The notes beneath the pieces were generated by a model. That model worked only from the letters and a program-made list of their open reading frames with translations, searched no databases and was not told where the DNA came from. Below are positions 1 through 11,040 of a DNA stretch of 39,800 nt, in pieces. The stretch is from Catajapyx aquilonaris. Taxonomy: Eukaryota. Positions within the stretch are counted from its first letter, which is position 1. The number at the start of each line of letters is the position of its first letter. The stretch spans positions 1 to 39,800 of the forward strand of contig JYFJ02003605.1 of assembly GCA_000934665.2 (NCBI GenBank), given 5' to 3'. The translations under genes were made by a program, and so were the position numbers.

Positions 1-232
1 CCCCCCCCAACCTGTGTACTGGGGTCCTTTTACTTATTGTAACTAAAACTTCCACTGGAAGCTGTTCTTTGTGTGTACCTTTTTTTGTACCCCGATCAAG
101 CTTGGAATGGAACTGTAATGGCGCAATTTCTGTTGTCAGTGAAACCACCAGACTCTAAAACGAAGTATCGCGCATGCAGTTTTTTTGTGTTGGACTATGT
201 TCATTCATGTCCCTGGGGTGTGTTTTCATATA

Positions 233-647
233 CAGGGTGGTCATGGAAACTTTGGCAAAAATCACAGGGTGTGTAGAGGCCCCATAGGCAAGTATTTTGA
301 GCTTGGGTACTCATGTCCGGAAATGCCCCCGTACGGGGGTACGGCCATTTCCACTGTTAGTACGTTGCGCCTGGTGGGTATAGGCAACCCATCATACTCG
401 AAGGTTGCGTTCATCGCGTTTTGCACTTGACACTCGCAATTGTTTTCACCTTCATCTCCTCCACACGCGACACACTTGATGAACGCAAGTTTCGAGTACT
501 ACCCACCAGTCGCAACAGACCAAAGGTGGCAACGGACGTACCCCCTTACGGGGGCATTTCCGGACATGGGTACCTAAGCTCAAAATACTTGCCTATGGGG
601 CCTCTACACACCCTGTGATTTTTGCCAGAGTTACCGTGACCATCCTG
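233..647. mobile_element. Tc1/mariner-type MITE with ~110-bp TIRs
   Basis: TA-CAGGGTGGTCATGGAAACTTTGGCAAAAATCACAGGGTGTGTAGAGGCCCCATAGGCAAG... is mirrored at ~536-647. The right TA is mutated to GA. The TIR resembles that of the MITE at 22628-23179. Confidence 0.85.
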
Positions 648-719
648 GATTTGAAATATCCGTGCATTTGCATGAGGGAAATATTGGCCACCACAGAAAT
701 AGAGTAAGATTTGGTTGTG

Positions 720-1443
720 CAGGGTGGGGCAAAAGTCATGGGCGGATAAAAATGATGCAGCACGGCGTAAGTAACGAATGATTATATTTAAAAACATTTG
801 CACTACACAGAGGAAGATATGCTATTTATGGATCAATGTCCAAAAAAGTCACTTCTTGAAAACAACACCGGATAGATGTCCACCTTTGCGGGCAACACAT
901 CCCTGCAAGCACAAACCCTTCATAACGCGCTCCAGCATGTCCAGGGGAATGTTTTTCACGGCATGTCTGACCTGATCCTTAAGATCAGCCAATGACTGAG
1001 GATGTGTGGTGAACACCAAACTCTTCAGGTGCCCCCACAAGAAGAAGTTGGGGGTGGTCAAATGCGGCGGCCATGGAATGTCCCCAAATCTTGAAATGAC
1101 CTGCCCGGGAATCACCCGTCGCAAGACAGCCATGGACTGACTGGCTGTATGAGATGTTGCCCCGTCTTGTTGGAACCATATCTGCTCTCGATTGGCCACC
1201 TCCAGAAGGAAGAAATCTTGCAACATCTGGATGTAGCGATCTCCATTCACTGTGACAGCACGACCGCGAGCATCCTCAAAGAAATACGAATCCATAATTT
1301 CAGAACAAGAAGTGACTTTTTTGGATCTTGATCCATAAATGGCATATCTTTCTCGTGTAGTGCAATTTTAAAAATATATAATCGTTCGTTACTTACGCCA
1401 TGCTGCCTCGCTTTTATCCGCCCATGACTTTTACCCCACCCTG
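720..1443 (-). mobile_element. Non-autonomous DD41D (rosa/Visitor) Tc1/mariner element with a C-terminal transposase fragment
   Basis: ORF 849-1295(-) has WFQQDGATSHT...ISRFGDIPWPP---HLTTPNFFLWGHLK. Restoring the missing RSP gives 41 residues between the last two catalytic positions (the last D is now N). ~140-bp inverted ends begin CAGGGTGGGG. Confidence 0.88.
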
Positions 1444-1713
1444 GTACCTTCAACAGGAATTGCCCAATGGCAACCATTTCCAATTTCAATAGTATTTAAG
1501 CAACTGGACATATGTTTTCTGGGAGAAAAATTGACAGTGACATGTTTCCTGCCATTGTGTACATGTGGGAATAAAGAAAGCTTCTATTGCCATTGATTTT
1601 GTGCAAGGGCAGCTTTAAAATTGAAGGCAGAAGCCGAATTGCACCAAACGCTGCATTTTTATTTGCTACCACATATCCGCACTTTTCAGTGATGGGCCTG
1701 GACTTTACATATT

Positions 1714-2097
1714 CGCCAGTTCATTACTACATAGTTCTAACTCCACTTTTGATCAAGCGGAGATATTTGAAGTCAAAGTTTGGACAGTACAACAATTAGA
1801 CCATGAACATTGAAACGTAATGACTTAATTTTTGCAATACTGTGGCTTACATACCTTAGGCCTACTCATATTTTGTGTTTCACTGTCCCAATGTTGTTGT
1901 CGTTGTCTGTAACAGCAGCAACAATGGTGGAGTTAGAACCTTTTAAATCACCTAATTTGAATTTTTTCAGAATCACAAATGTCTAACTCCAGAGTTAGAA
2001 CTTCATAACACTAATGAAACGTGGCAATGTGGAGTTGCACCTCTTAAGTCACTTTTTCTCAAAATAGGAGTTAGAACTATGTAGTAATAAACCGACG
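1714..2097. mobile_element. MITE with ~31-bp TIRs (possibly Sola1-type)
   Basis: CGCCAGTTCATTACTACATAGTTCTAACTCC ... GGAGTTAGAACTATGTAGTAATAAACCGACG. Internal GAGTTAGAAC repeats at ~1930 and ~1993; ATAT-like flanks. Confidence 0.7.
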
Positions 2098-2227
2098 ATA
2101 TGCATGTGAATGAGCCAACGAACTGGACCCTTTCTCGTAAGGATCATCATCTACAATTTTAGTGGACAGAATCACTTGGGACATTTCAGATTTTTGTGGA
2201 ATTCAGGCTTTGGTATATGGGTATATG

Positions 2228-2595
2228 TGGGGAGGTGTGGTGGCCGTGATGGTAACGTCTCGGCTTGCTGAGTGAAAGGCCCCGGGTTTGATCCCCGCCT
2301 GGGGAACTTTCCTTTCACCTGCGTCAGGAGGGTCTCTCACCTGCACCAAGGAGGTGTCTGGCAACCTAACCTCCTGGGGAACAGCACATGACCCATTAGC
2401 TACGACATTGCACCTTGCACCCATGTTCCCTCCCCAAAAATCCCTATCCTTTCCCATTGTCCCTGTTTCCCTGCACCGGAGAATGAAGCAGAAAATATAT
2501 ACAGAAAACTGATGGTGGTATGCCACCCCCCTATAGCACCCATAAGGGTCATCACGGGGTAAACTAAATAAAACTAAAATAAAAAAATAAAAAAA
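2228..2595 (+). mobile_element. tRNA-derived SINE, family A
   Basis: A box TGGCCGTGATGG, B box GGTTTGATCCC, A-rich tail and 13-bp TSD ATATGGGTATATG (2215-2227/2596-2608). A second copy is at 37427-37796. Confidence 0.9.
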
Positions 2596-2959
2596 ATATG
2601 GGTATATGGGCCTGATTAAATATTATTTAAAGCAGAATACGGTATGTACCGTAGTACATTAGAACATCAGAATATCTCATGGTATTAGGACCATATCCCG
2701 CTTATCGGTGTTTCCCGATTATCCGGGGTCTACGGTACCATTTTTGTGAAGCATTCGCAGCAGTATGTGTGGAGCAGTGCATGTTCAAAGTGTAGCCTAC
2801 CTATTTACTTGAGCACCCTAAAACAGCCTGCTTCATCAAAATCACTTTCACGTGGAAAATCTGCCAGACAGCACCATCAAGGTCTTGTAGTGCAGACGTG
2901 TGGTGACTCGTCTGCCTCCCGTATCGTACCATTACGAGGTTCGTACAAGCTTTTAGAGA

Positions 2960-3512
2960 AGGCCCCCTCTATTGCCACATGAGGAGCGTAGACTGATAAT
3001 ATGGAGTGATCGTTGCGGGGGGCAAAATAATAACTGGAAGATGCTAGCACTTATGTACTGTACCAGTTGATCCATGTTTAGCCTACTCAACCCCAAACTG
3101 TTTAGTCTACTCAAGTTGAACAAAAATTTCTTGTCTCAGGCCACAGCTTTTTACCTTGTGACAGAGACTTTTTCTCACGTAGAGAGAAAGAGGAGAACCG
3201 CATGTCCAATGATACCGAGAGATTGGATACATACAGGTCATCACATCTGCACGTGTTCAGAAGCCATTTTTGGTAATCAACATGACACGAACAAACTTCC
3301 GTGATTTTGGACCTCTGGAGAAGTGGATCAAGAAACCAAAGTTGAAGGTCACTGAGTGTCAGTGGATCAAGTTGGGCAAGTAAGACAGCAGCAGAATTTA
3401 TTCTCGGCAGTCACATAACGTAGCTTTCAGTTGGGACTGCACTCTTCTACCTAAGTCCAAAGAGGACAAGAGGCCGACCGTGGTCAATCCCTCTCGGTAT
3501 AGGGGTGATTAG
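2960..3512 (+). pseudogene. Degenerate DNA-transposon transposase fragment (Sola1-like)
   Basis: Frameshifted reading gives LIIWSDRCGGQNNNWKMLAL...QKFLVSGHSFLPCDRDFSHVERKRR...PRDWI-QVITSARVQKPFLVINM. The SDxCxGQN and GHSxxxCDxxF motifs are recalled from this transposase group. Confidence 0.7.
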
Positions 3513-3778
3513 CTAAGCTCACGGGGGTAGCAATGTACTGGTATAGGGAGCTGGCAGCTGGCCCGACTGGAAAATATTCGCTTCCCGCGAATCGGACAAC
3601 TCTACCAGGAGCAGCGTACATTTTAAAAGGCCAAATTGTTTTACTCCACACCAGTACTCCAGATAAAATTTTAAAATGCTAAAATGTAATATTAATTGCG
3701 AAATATTAATATCATCAAATTATGTAGTGCAGTAGCCACACTAGCCAGGTGAATAACAAATGAGCAGTTCTGGCCGCC

Positions 3779-3786
3779 TATCGATA
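3779..3786. promoter_or_regulatory. DRE motif (TATCGATA), candidate housekeeping core promoter
   Basis: Perfect TATCGATA plus a partial CGATAG copy at 3791. It lies upstream of the acceptor-preceded exon at 5908. Confidence 0.4.
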
Positions 3787-4571
3787 GATGCGATAGATGT
3801 TCGTCGGTATTCGTAAGGAGCGATCACCTATTATTATAATAATTATTATTATAATTACATTGGTAATGGAACAATGTTCTGTACAATAGGTTGCATAATC
3901 CGTCTAGATTGCGCAGTATTAATTTGCCATAAGGATGTATGAGTGCCTGCATTTAGGATTGTGTGACTATATGTCATGTCTAGCGCTAGATTGTAGGGGT
4001 CGTTTGGCCGTTCCATGGTGACTGTTCATTTTAACCTCTCATGAAGGAGATTTCAACGCACTGTGGCACCGGCCAAACAATCAATGCAGTCTTAATGTAG
4101 TCGTAATCTGTGGTCTTGACCGAGGCACAATGTTGTTATGTTGTTTATAAAAAGTAACTAGTAACAGGTACTCGGTGCAAAGAAGTCAGTCTATTTATGT
4201 CTGCATCAAAAGGATTATCTGCTTCCTATTGAAGCAAAGGTCACTCTTTACTGAAGTTATAGTCTAGTCACCCATTCTCAACATTTAAGGCACACACAAT
4301 CTTATAAACCTGAATGGTGCGACTTTTTAAGAATTTTAGAGGGTGTCTACCTTGTTTCTGGTAAAAATGGGCATTCCATGGGAGGAGCCACACATGTATT
4401 GAGTGCAACAGTTCTATATGCTAGGTCATGAGTTAAATTAGACTTAGCTTCAAGGGGGGAAAATGGGAACTGACTGGCATTCTTTTCATCCATTGTTGAA
4501 CATTAGTTTCGAGCAGGGTTTCTTCCTTGTGGTTTACCCTTGCAGAACCCTTAAAATAATATTGATGTCTC

Positions 4572-4622
4572 AAAATCCATCACAGCGTAGGCAATCATTA
4601 GACGGTTCACGAAAAGATGATC

Positions 4623-4688
<66 letters not shown>
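4572..4688 (+). repeat. 3' fragment of SINE family B ending in an (ATT)n microsatellite
   Basis: AAAATCCATCACAGCGTAGGCAATCATTA...GAAAAGATGATCC matches the SINE at 33833-34094; about 21 ATT units at 4624-4688. Confidence 0.8.
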
Positions 4689-4689
<1 letters not shown>

Positions 4690-5275
4690 AAAGCCATTCT
4701 AATTGTTTTATAAAACTGACTGGGGTTGTCGCCACCTACGATTTTTCCCCACCCCCTCGCACTCGCTTGACCTGTGACTCTGATACACCCTGTATTATTG
4801 TGCCAAGTTTCATTCAGCAACTCCATTGACAACACTTACTGTTCCCTTGTATGGTACATTTTTGAAATTGATAGTAGGTGATTCATTTTCTATGACTACC
4901 AGCACTATTCTCAATTTCTCTTGGATCCCATTATGATGAAGGTATTACACAATTAAGACTTTTTTTAAATGATATTTTACTCAAATGCTTCCCTCAGTGT
5001 AGTAAAATCAGCAAGCTGTATCGGTGAATTCCAGATCATCATTATAGTTCCACTGCAGAAAGTAGAATCAGTAGGCTATACAATGAAACCTGAAGCCAAG
5101 GGACAGATGATCCCTGTGAACATAATTTGTGTACATTGTCATTGACCTCTGAATGTTGATTGAATTCTCTAAATATGTCTCATTTTCTGACATTCAAAAT
5201 CTTGGTTGTTAAATTTTAATACATATGCATGTGCTGATTATTATTAACGTTTACTGTGTGCAACTTTATACCTAA

Positions 5276-5515
5276 TAATGGATACCCCGTGATAGGCCTT
5301 GGGCCTCTTAGGGGATCATCTTTTCGTGAACCGACTTTAATCATTGCCTGCGTGTGACGGATTATGATTGCGGTAGGAAGCGGGAGAACCGAGAAAACCC
5401 ACGCGAACACGGAGAGAACCCATCGAAACTCTATCCACATAAGTATCCTCTGCGCGACCCAGGGATCGAACTCGGGACCTTAGAGGTGGAAGGCTGTGGC
5501 GCTAACCACTTCGCT
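5276..5515 (-). mobile_element. tRNA-derived SINE, family B (V-domain-like core)
   Basis: Reverse complement matches 33833-34094, with A/B boxes GAAGTGGTTAGCG and GAGTTCGATCCC. Confidence 0.85.
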
Positions 5516-5933
5516 GCAACTTGATACCTAGTAACATATACTGTAGATCCATTATCACACATTCGCATGACATCTAAAGAACTTTGACAAATTGACAAAA
5601 ATGTAATGTTCACTATCGAACTTGATATTCACTGAGCATTGACAATGAACCCTGGACATTCAGAATATTGGACATTGCCTGAACATTTATTGAACAATGT
5701 GGGTTAGGGCATATAATAGACACTGGATTTATTGTGGAAATTTTATTCCTGGTGCAGGATTTTCAGTGTGTTTCTGTTGCACATAACAAACACATGTTCA
5801 GTAGGGGAAATTTTTCTAGAAAGGAGGGACTCAGTTTTAGGTGGATTTCATTGCAGACCTATATAAACAGCAAAATATGATTTTTATACCATGATTTTTC
5901 TCTTCAGGAGACGAGTGATTTGGGACTGATGTG

Positions 5934-6053
5934 ATGGACGGATGCGATGACGATTTGCCCCATGGACTCAACAAGTGGAGTGACCGAGTTTTCAAAAGCA
6001 GCTCTAATATCTCCTACAGTATTGAAGCAAGTGTTGACCTGCATGAACTTTCA
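5934..6053 (+). CDS. SLC25A38: Candidate distal first coding exon of SLC25A38 (MDGCDDDLPHGLNKWSDRVFKSSSNISYSIEASVDLHELS)
   Basis: Strong acceptor TTTTTCTCTTCAG ending at 5907, ATG at 5934, 40 open codons and a phase-0 GTAGGA donor compatible with exon 11777. The donor is weak. Confidence 0.5.
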
Positions 6054-7464
6054 GTAGGATTTGTGACCTGAACTGCCTGTGTGGGAATGATAATGGAGCA
6101 CATCGATTATTTATCCAGATCCCTGAGTGCATGATACTTGCATGTGCATTAATTAGAGCTTACCATTTGAGCAATTTTCCATGCCTATATTTTGCAGCTT
6201 AAATGCACTCAGAGCAAGCAAACAATGTCAGCTAAACTGTAAGAGTAACGAACAATCAGTGTGTGATAATAGGTGATAAGGGAGCAGACTGCTTGACTAT
6301 TGCTTTCTGACCTTGAGTGACCTAAGTGAAGGGTCACTTACTCCCATTGCTATTTCTCAGTAATCTTTGCTGCGGATCAAGGACTTGCGTGGTTTCCAAA
6401 GGACAGAGGTTATCCTGCCTGAAGTGACATGAAGATTGTGTCTGTGACTGCGTGCTGAGTTTGCAACAAATCAGGGTCACTTGTTTTTCCCTCCCCGCAC
6501 CTCTTGCTTGCCTTTTTGAAAATTGGCATTTTTTCAGTTCAGATCAGGGCAAAATTGGGTCGGGGAACTGGCATTTAGATAACTGCTGAAATGATAATTA
6601 TTGATTTCATATCACATGTGGGAGCACAAGGGCAAGGATCTATTGGATGTGAACCGAAACGACTTGAGTAGTCATTTTGCCGCCTTTGGTAATGCTGTAA
6701 GAGTTTCTGAGTATGAGAAAAACACATCTGTCGCTAAGAGGTAGGCGGGTGAGGGGGATGAAGGAGGGGATTTCTCAATTTTTTTTGGACCAGATTGAAT
6801 AGTAGCCAGATTGTGGCACATGTAATTCCCAGTCAACATGCAACTCCGGATCCAAATGACGCCATCCATGAAATACTGATTAGAAGCCTAAGGAGTCCAT
6901 GTGATGACATCGTGAGAAAAATTGCCTTATTTGCATATGGCAATGTAAATATTGATTATGATAACATCGATCCTGTTATAGTTTTTATTTAACAAAACAA
7001 AATATGTTGCAATTTTGGTGCAAGTATTTTGTGGCTGAAGTTGTGCCATGCTAAAAGCTGGTTGTATGAACTCAAATGGAGGGAAAATCTCTGATTATGT
7101 ATTCCTAGCCATAAGCTGAATTTTTCCTTAATTTATATTGATAGAACCAGCCATAAATGTATATTTAAAGGACAGGCATCTCATTTGCTATATGCAGGTG
7201 CCCCTAAGGTCAGCTGAGATTTAATGTGCTGAAAATGCCACATGTGTTCTTGATTCAAGCAGGCAATCATTAGGAAAGCCTCATGTATATTGCCAGCATA
7301 CATACAGTAGATGCCTTTCACAGGGATGCCAAATTGATTTAGAAATGTAGCTGCAGGGCTGGCATAAGGTGCTGCAGGGCTGGATGGAGAGTCGTGACTC
7401 CTTCCCCATTCCTCGCAAAGGTGCAGAGCCCCTAAAAGCATGGGACCTGGTGTAGTTGCACAGT

Positions 7465-7772
7465 ATAGCTCACAATGGTGGACTGGTGGTTAGTGCGCTC
7501 GCCTCTGGTCCCAAAGTTGTGGGCTCGAACCCGGCCGAGGTCAGTGACTTTTCTCCGGGTGGTAGAAAAGTGAGAGTGCGCCTTCCTTCGGAGGGGAAGT
7601 AAAGCCATTGGTCCCTTGTGCTTGTGACATTGCATGAGTGCATGTTAAAGATCCCCAGAGTTGCCAAATTTCCAGGAGGAGGACCACCCCCTGGCGTTGG
7701 TGTTGAGCCTTGCGGCAGAAATAGGCCGACGTTAAGCCCCACTGAAAAATGAAAAAAAAAAAAAATGAAAAA
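7465..7772 (+). mobile_element. tRNA-derived SINE, family C (Deu/Nin-domain-like core)
   Basis: A/B boxes TGGACTGGTGG and GGCTCGAACCC; core CCTTCGGAGGGGAAGTAAAGCCATTGGTCCC...GCATGTTAAAGATCCCC; A-rich tail; TSD TGTAGTTGCACWGT (7451-7464/7773-7786). Confidence 0.88.
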
Positions 7773-9029
7773 TGTAGTTGCACTGTCTGCACCCCCATAA
7801 TTCCAACCCTGAGTGTAGGAATCTAGGCTTATTTCCACGGATATAGAACTGAGCTCATGATTAATCTGAGCTAATGGCAGCAAGGTGGCCCACCAGGACA
7901 ATTTATGCAAATAACTAAATAAATAAATCACTGAAACCATATTTTTAAATACACATTTTTGTGTAATGGTTTGCAACCATAATATGATGGTTGGGTGTGT
8001 TTGATATTTGCCTACTAGCATTCTGTTGCAATTTGTGATCAAGTCTAATCTCAATAAATATCTTGAAACCTTTTTTACTTGCCAGTGTAGTACCTCTTCC
8101 CTAGGAAACTGGCCATGTTGATGTAAATGAAAGGTGCCACTTGAAATACAAATTGAAATCAGCGTTATCTGCACAGAAAGAATAGTTATGGAAAAAGAGG
8201 AGTGCATGTTGTTGCTCTCTATTTATAATAAATTTTAATGTAGTCAGGTTTGTTGTAGAGTATTGTTCTTACACTGGGTTATGTTGTGTAGATAATACAT
8301 TTTGTTTCATGGAACAAAAAGCCACCACAGGTCATGGTCAGGGGTGTTGCAGAGGGGGTTCAATGGTATACAGTGTAGCCTATACTTGGCCAAAATATTT
8401 CCATGACACCCCTGCTCATGGGCAACCGGTTATAATATAGGTGAAAATGAGTCCATGTATTAAAATGCTGGACTGCTTCCAAATACTGTATATACTGTAA
8501 AATAAAAAGTTTGGCAGTACATATTGTTGCATAATGCCTGATTTATTAATTCAACTAATCCTATTGTGTCATATGAGAAGTGATTGTAAATAGTGCCAGT
8601 CATTTAAAAGCCCAAAATGACCTGAGTCTTACTACCTATGTAATGATGTATCGGGGTAAAAATAATGGAAGTATCATTCCTTGCCATGTCGAGCCCATCC
8701 TGACATTCAGTTGACCGCAGGCCACTTGCCTGTTGCGTTTTGAATGACAGCCAATCTACTTGCTGGATTTGGTTCAAACATAGACGGGTTTGCAAGCTCC
8801 TTTTATGGAGACATTGCATTAGTGGTAATCAGGTCAAATCAGATTGCGCTATGTTGTTTTATAACTGCACAATCTTTGTTTTATGCTTCTGAACGACACT
8901 ATAAACCTTATCATCAAGACAGCCACACTGGTCACCAAGCAATGGATGAAGAAGTGAAACTTGAGCTGAAATTGTTATCTGTGCCGGAAATGCCGGAAGG
9001 GATGGAGTGGGCGTTATGAGTAATAACTA

Positions 9030-9718
9030 CGAGGGCTGTAAATAAAATAGTGGCAACAATTTAATTACTTGGGACTGGAAATACATGGCAGCTTCAAACT
9101 TTCAGAGTCCTCCAATGTAGTCATCAGCGTTGTGTAACATCTGTCATTAGCGATGTGGAAGTTGAAGGATGCCATTGGCAGCCCTGGTTTGGTTGATGTT
9201 TCGTATAGAGTGGTCTAAAGCGCGAAGAAGGTCTGGGATAGTCATACCCAGACGTTTCTTGAGAATGTTCAGGATAGTCATACTCGACAAGCCTGTTTCA
9301 CTGGCTAACTCACGAACTGTCTACCTCTGATCGTTCTCCATCAATGCATCTCCCTTGCATTTGGATGGGGCTCATATGTCACATTTTGCCTTCCCTGATG
9401 GAAGGCTTTTGCCCACCTTGCAACCGTTCTATATGGTAATGCATGTTCCCCACAAGCCTGTAAAAGCTCTTCATGACAAATTTTCTATTTTTAACCAGTA
9501 CCTTTGCTCAAATTTGAAAAACATCACCTTTAGACCTGTTGATCGCAACAGTTCACGTTATACTTTTTACTGTGCATGCGCATATTGAGGTGGGATGATC
9601 CTATTATGTCCTGAGGTTAGATCAAGACCCAACCTATCTGTGGCATAAGCGGTGTAAACTTCCTATATTTCACTGATTTTCTGGAGATGTGTTGCCACTA
9701 TTTTATTTACAGCCCTCG
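9030..9718 (-). mobile_element. Internally deleted mariner element
   Basis: TA-flanked 28-bp TIRs CGAGGGCTGTAAATAAAATAGTGGCAAC. Minus-strand remnants include FEQRYWLKIE, the HTH segment TVRELASETGLSSMTILNILKKRLGM and C-terminal GILQLPHR...DYIGGL. Confidence 0.9.
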
Positions 9719-10953
9719 TACGAGGCTCGTATAAGGCAGAATTTCTGCTCCAAATAGTTCAAACTTGTGTTGTTTGATTTGCATCAATTAGTACATTATA
9801 ACATGAAACAGGTATGGCTGATACCATGAGAGCAGGTGCTTTTAAAAATATTCTTATACATAATTATGTTTTAATTTAACCACTTCATTATTTCTGTAAC
9901 ATTCATGGGGAGGCCTATTAAATTTTTTCCAATTTTTACACTTCACTATTCAATGCTGGGGTAGCCTACTAGTTCACATCCGCACACTCACACAATTTAC
10001 TGCATAGCATATGTCCTAAAAGGCAAATCATGCTTATGATGCTTCTGAGGCCTCTTTGAAATTGGCGCTCTGTGCGGCCGATTCGAATATCCAATCAATT
10101 CATGGTCCTAAAGAGCGTGTGTTGATTCCCTATTGCTTGTGACGACAAAATCAGACGAGAAAGCGGAGACTTGGGCCACTTGGCGAAGAGTCGGGCGATC
10201 AGAGAGGCCAGAGAGCAGTCAGGCAGACAGGATCGTGGATCAGGGAAGGCTAACAATTACGAGTGGAGGGCAAGAGGGCAGTTGCATATTGACGTCAGAT
10301 AAGAGATTGATAGAATCGGAGGGGGAGAAGCGCTGGCTAGCATAAGAGAGAGTAGCCGGAGTGCAAACGGCCTTTTACACCTCAGGCAGCTAGCCATCCA
10401 GCGAGGCAGGCAGGGTAAGAGCGCAAAAAAATTGGCAAGTTGCGTAAGCAAGGGTGGGAACAAAAAGAAGAAGGTAGGACTGGTGGTAGGTGGGTCGGTG
10501 GGGTACGTACAGGAGTGGAGATCAGCTCATTCTGCTCGAGACTGATTGGCTCCAGCTGCTAACACGCCACCTGCACTCGAGGCGGCCTGCAGGCAAAGGT
10601 GACATTGAGAGCTGTGGAGGAGGAGGAGGAGAGGTTGCAGCCAGCTATCAGACCTCCATTCATGTTGGTCTCCAGTTACGTTCCCACTGGTGTTGGTGTG
10701 TGCGCCATGCCCGTCTGCCGCTTGCATCCCTACTTTTACACGGATTATTCTGACACGTGCCCCGCCGGCCTTGCCCAGTGACGCCGGCTACCTAGCTTTT
10801 CATCGCTTCCTTCGTAGCTGCGGGTCACTTGGGACCGAGAGCCTCCGCCTCGGGCAAGCCTTTGCCGAGAGGGTTTAGTGCGTGACAGCGTCTGCTGTGC
10901 CACTCCAGTTGGTTAACATTCCATACCTGCACGCAGGCCGCACACAAAGCTTA

Positions 10954-11040
10954 ATGAAACAGGAAGATCAACAGCCAATTTTGGTAACCAGCGTTGGTCA
11001 GAAGGGGATCCAGCGAAACACAATGGAACTCTTGTCGCAG
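10954..11040 (+). CDS. SLC25A38: SLC25A38 proximal first coding exon ([29 protein letters not shown])
   Basis: Two in-frame ATGs (10954, 11023) and a strong phase-0 donor CAG|GTGAGC. Preceded by a ~0.9-kb GC/CpG-richer, non-repetitive region with CCAAT-like motifs. Confidence 0.72.

Noticed and set aside
1495..2184. ~99-aa minus-strand ORF appearing after removal of the 1714-2097 MITE
   Set aside because: No recognisable homology or splice support.
4463..4835. Poly-L/I/Y ORFs
   Set aside because: Translations of the (ATT)n microsatellite.
7470..8207. 245-aa ORF on the minus strand
   Set aside because: Runs antisense through a SINE and AT-rich intron with no recognisable domain.
10762..10789. 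Iron-responsive element in the SLC25A38 leader (CAGTGA loop)
   Set aside because: The 5-bp upper stem TTGCC does not pair with CGCCG.
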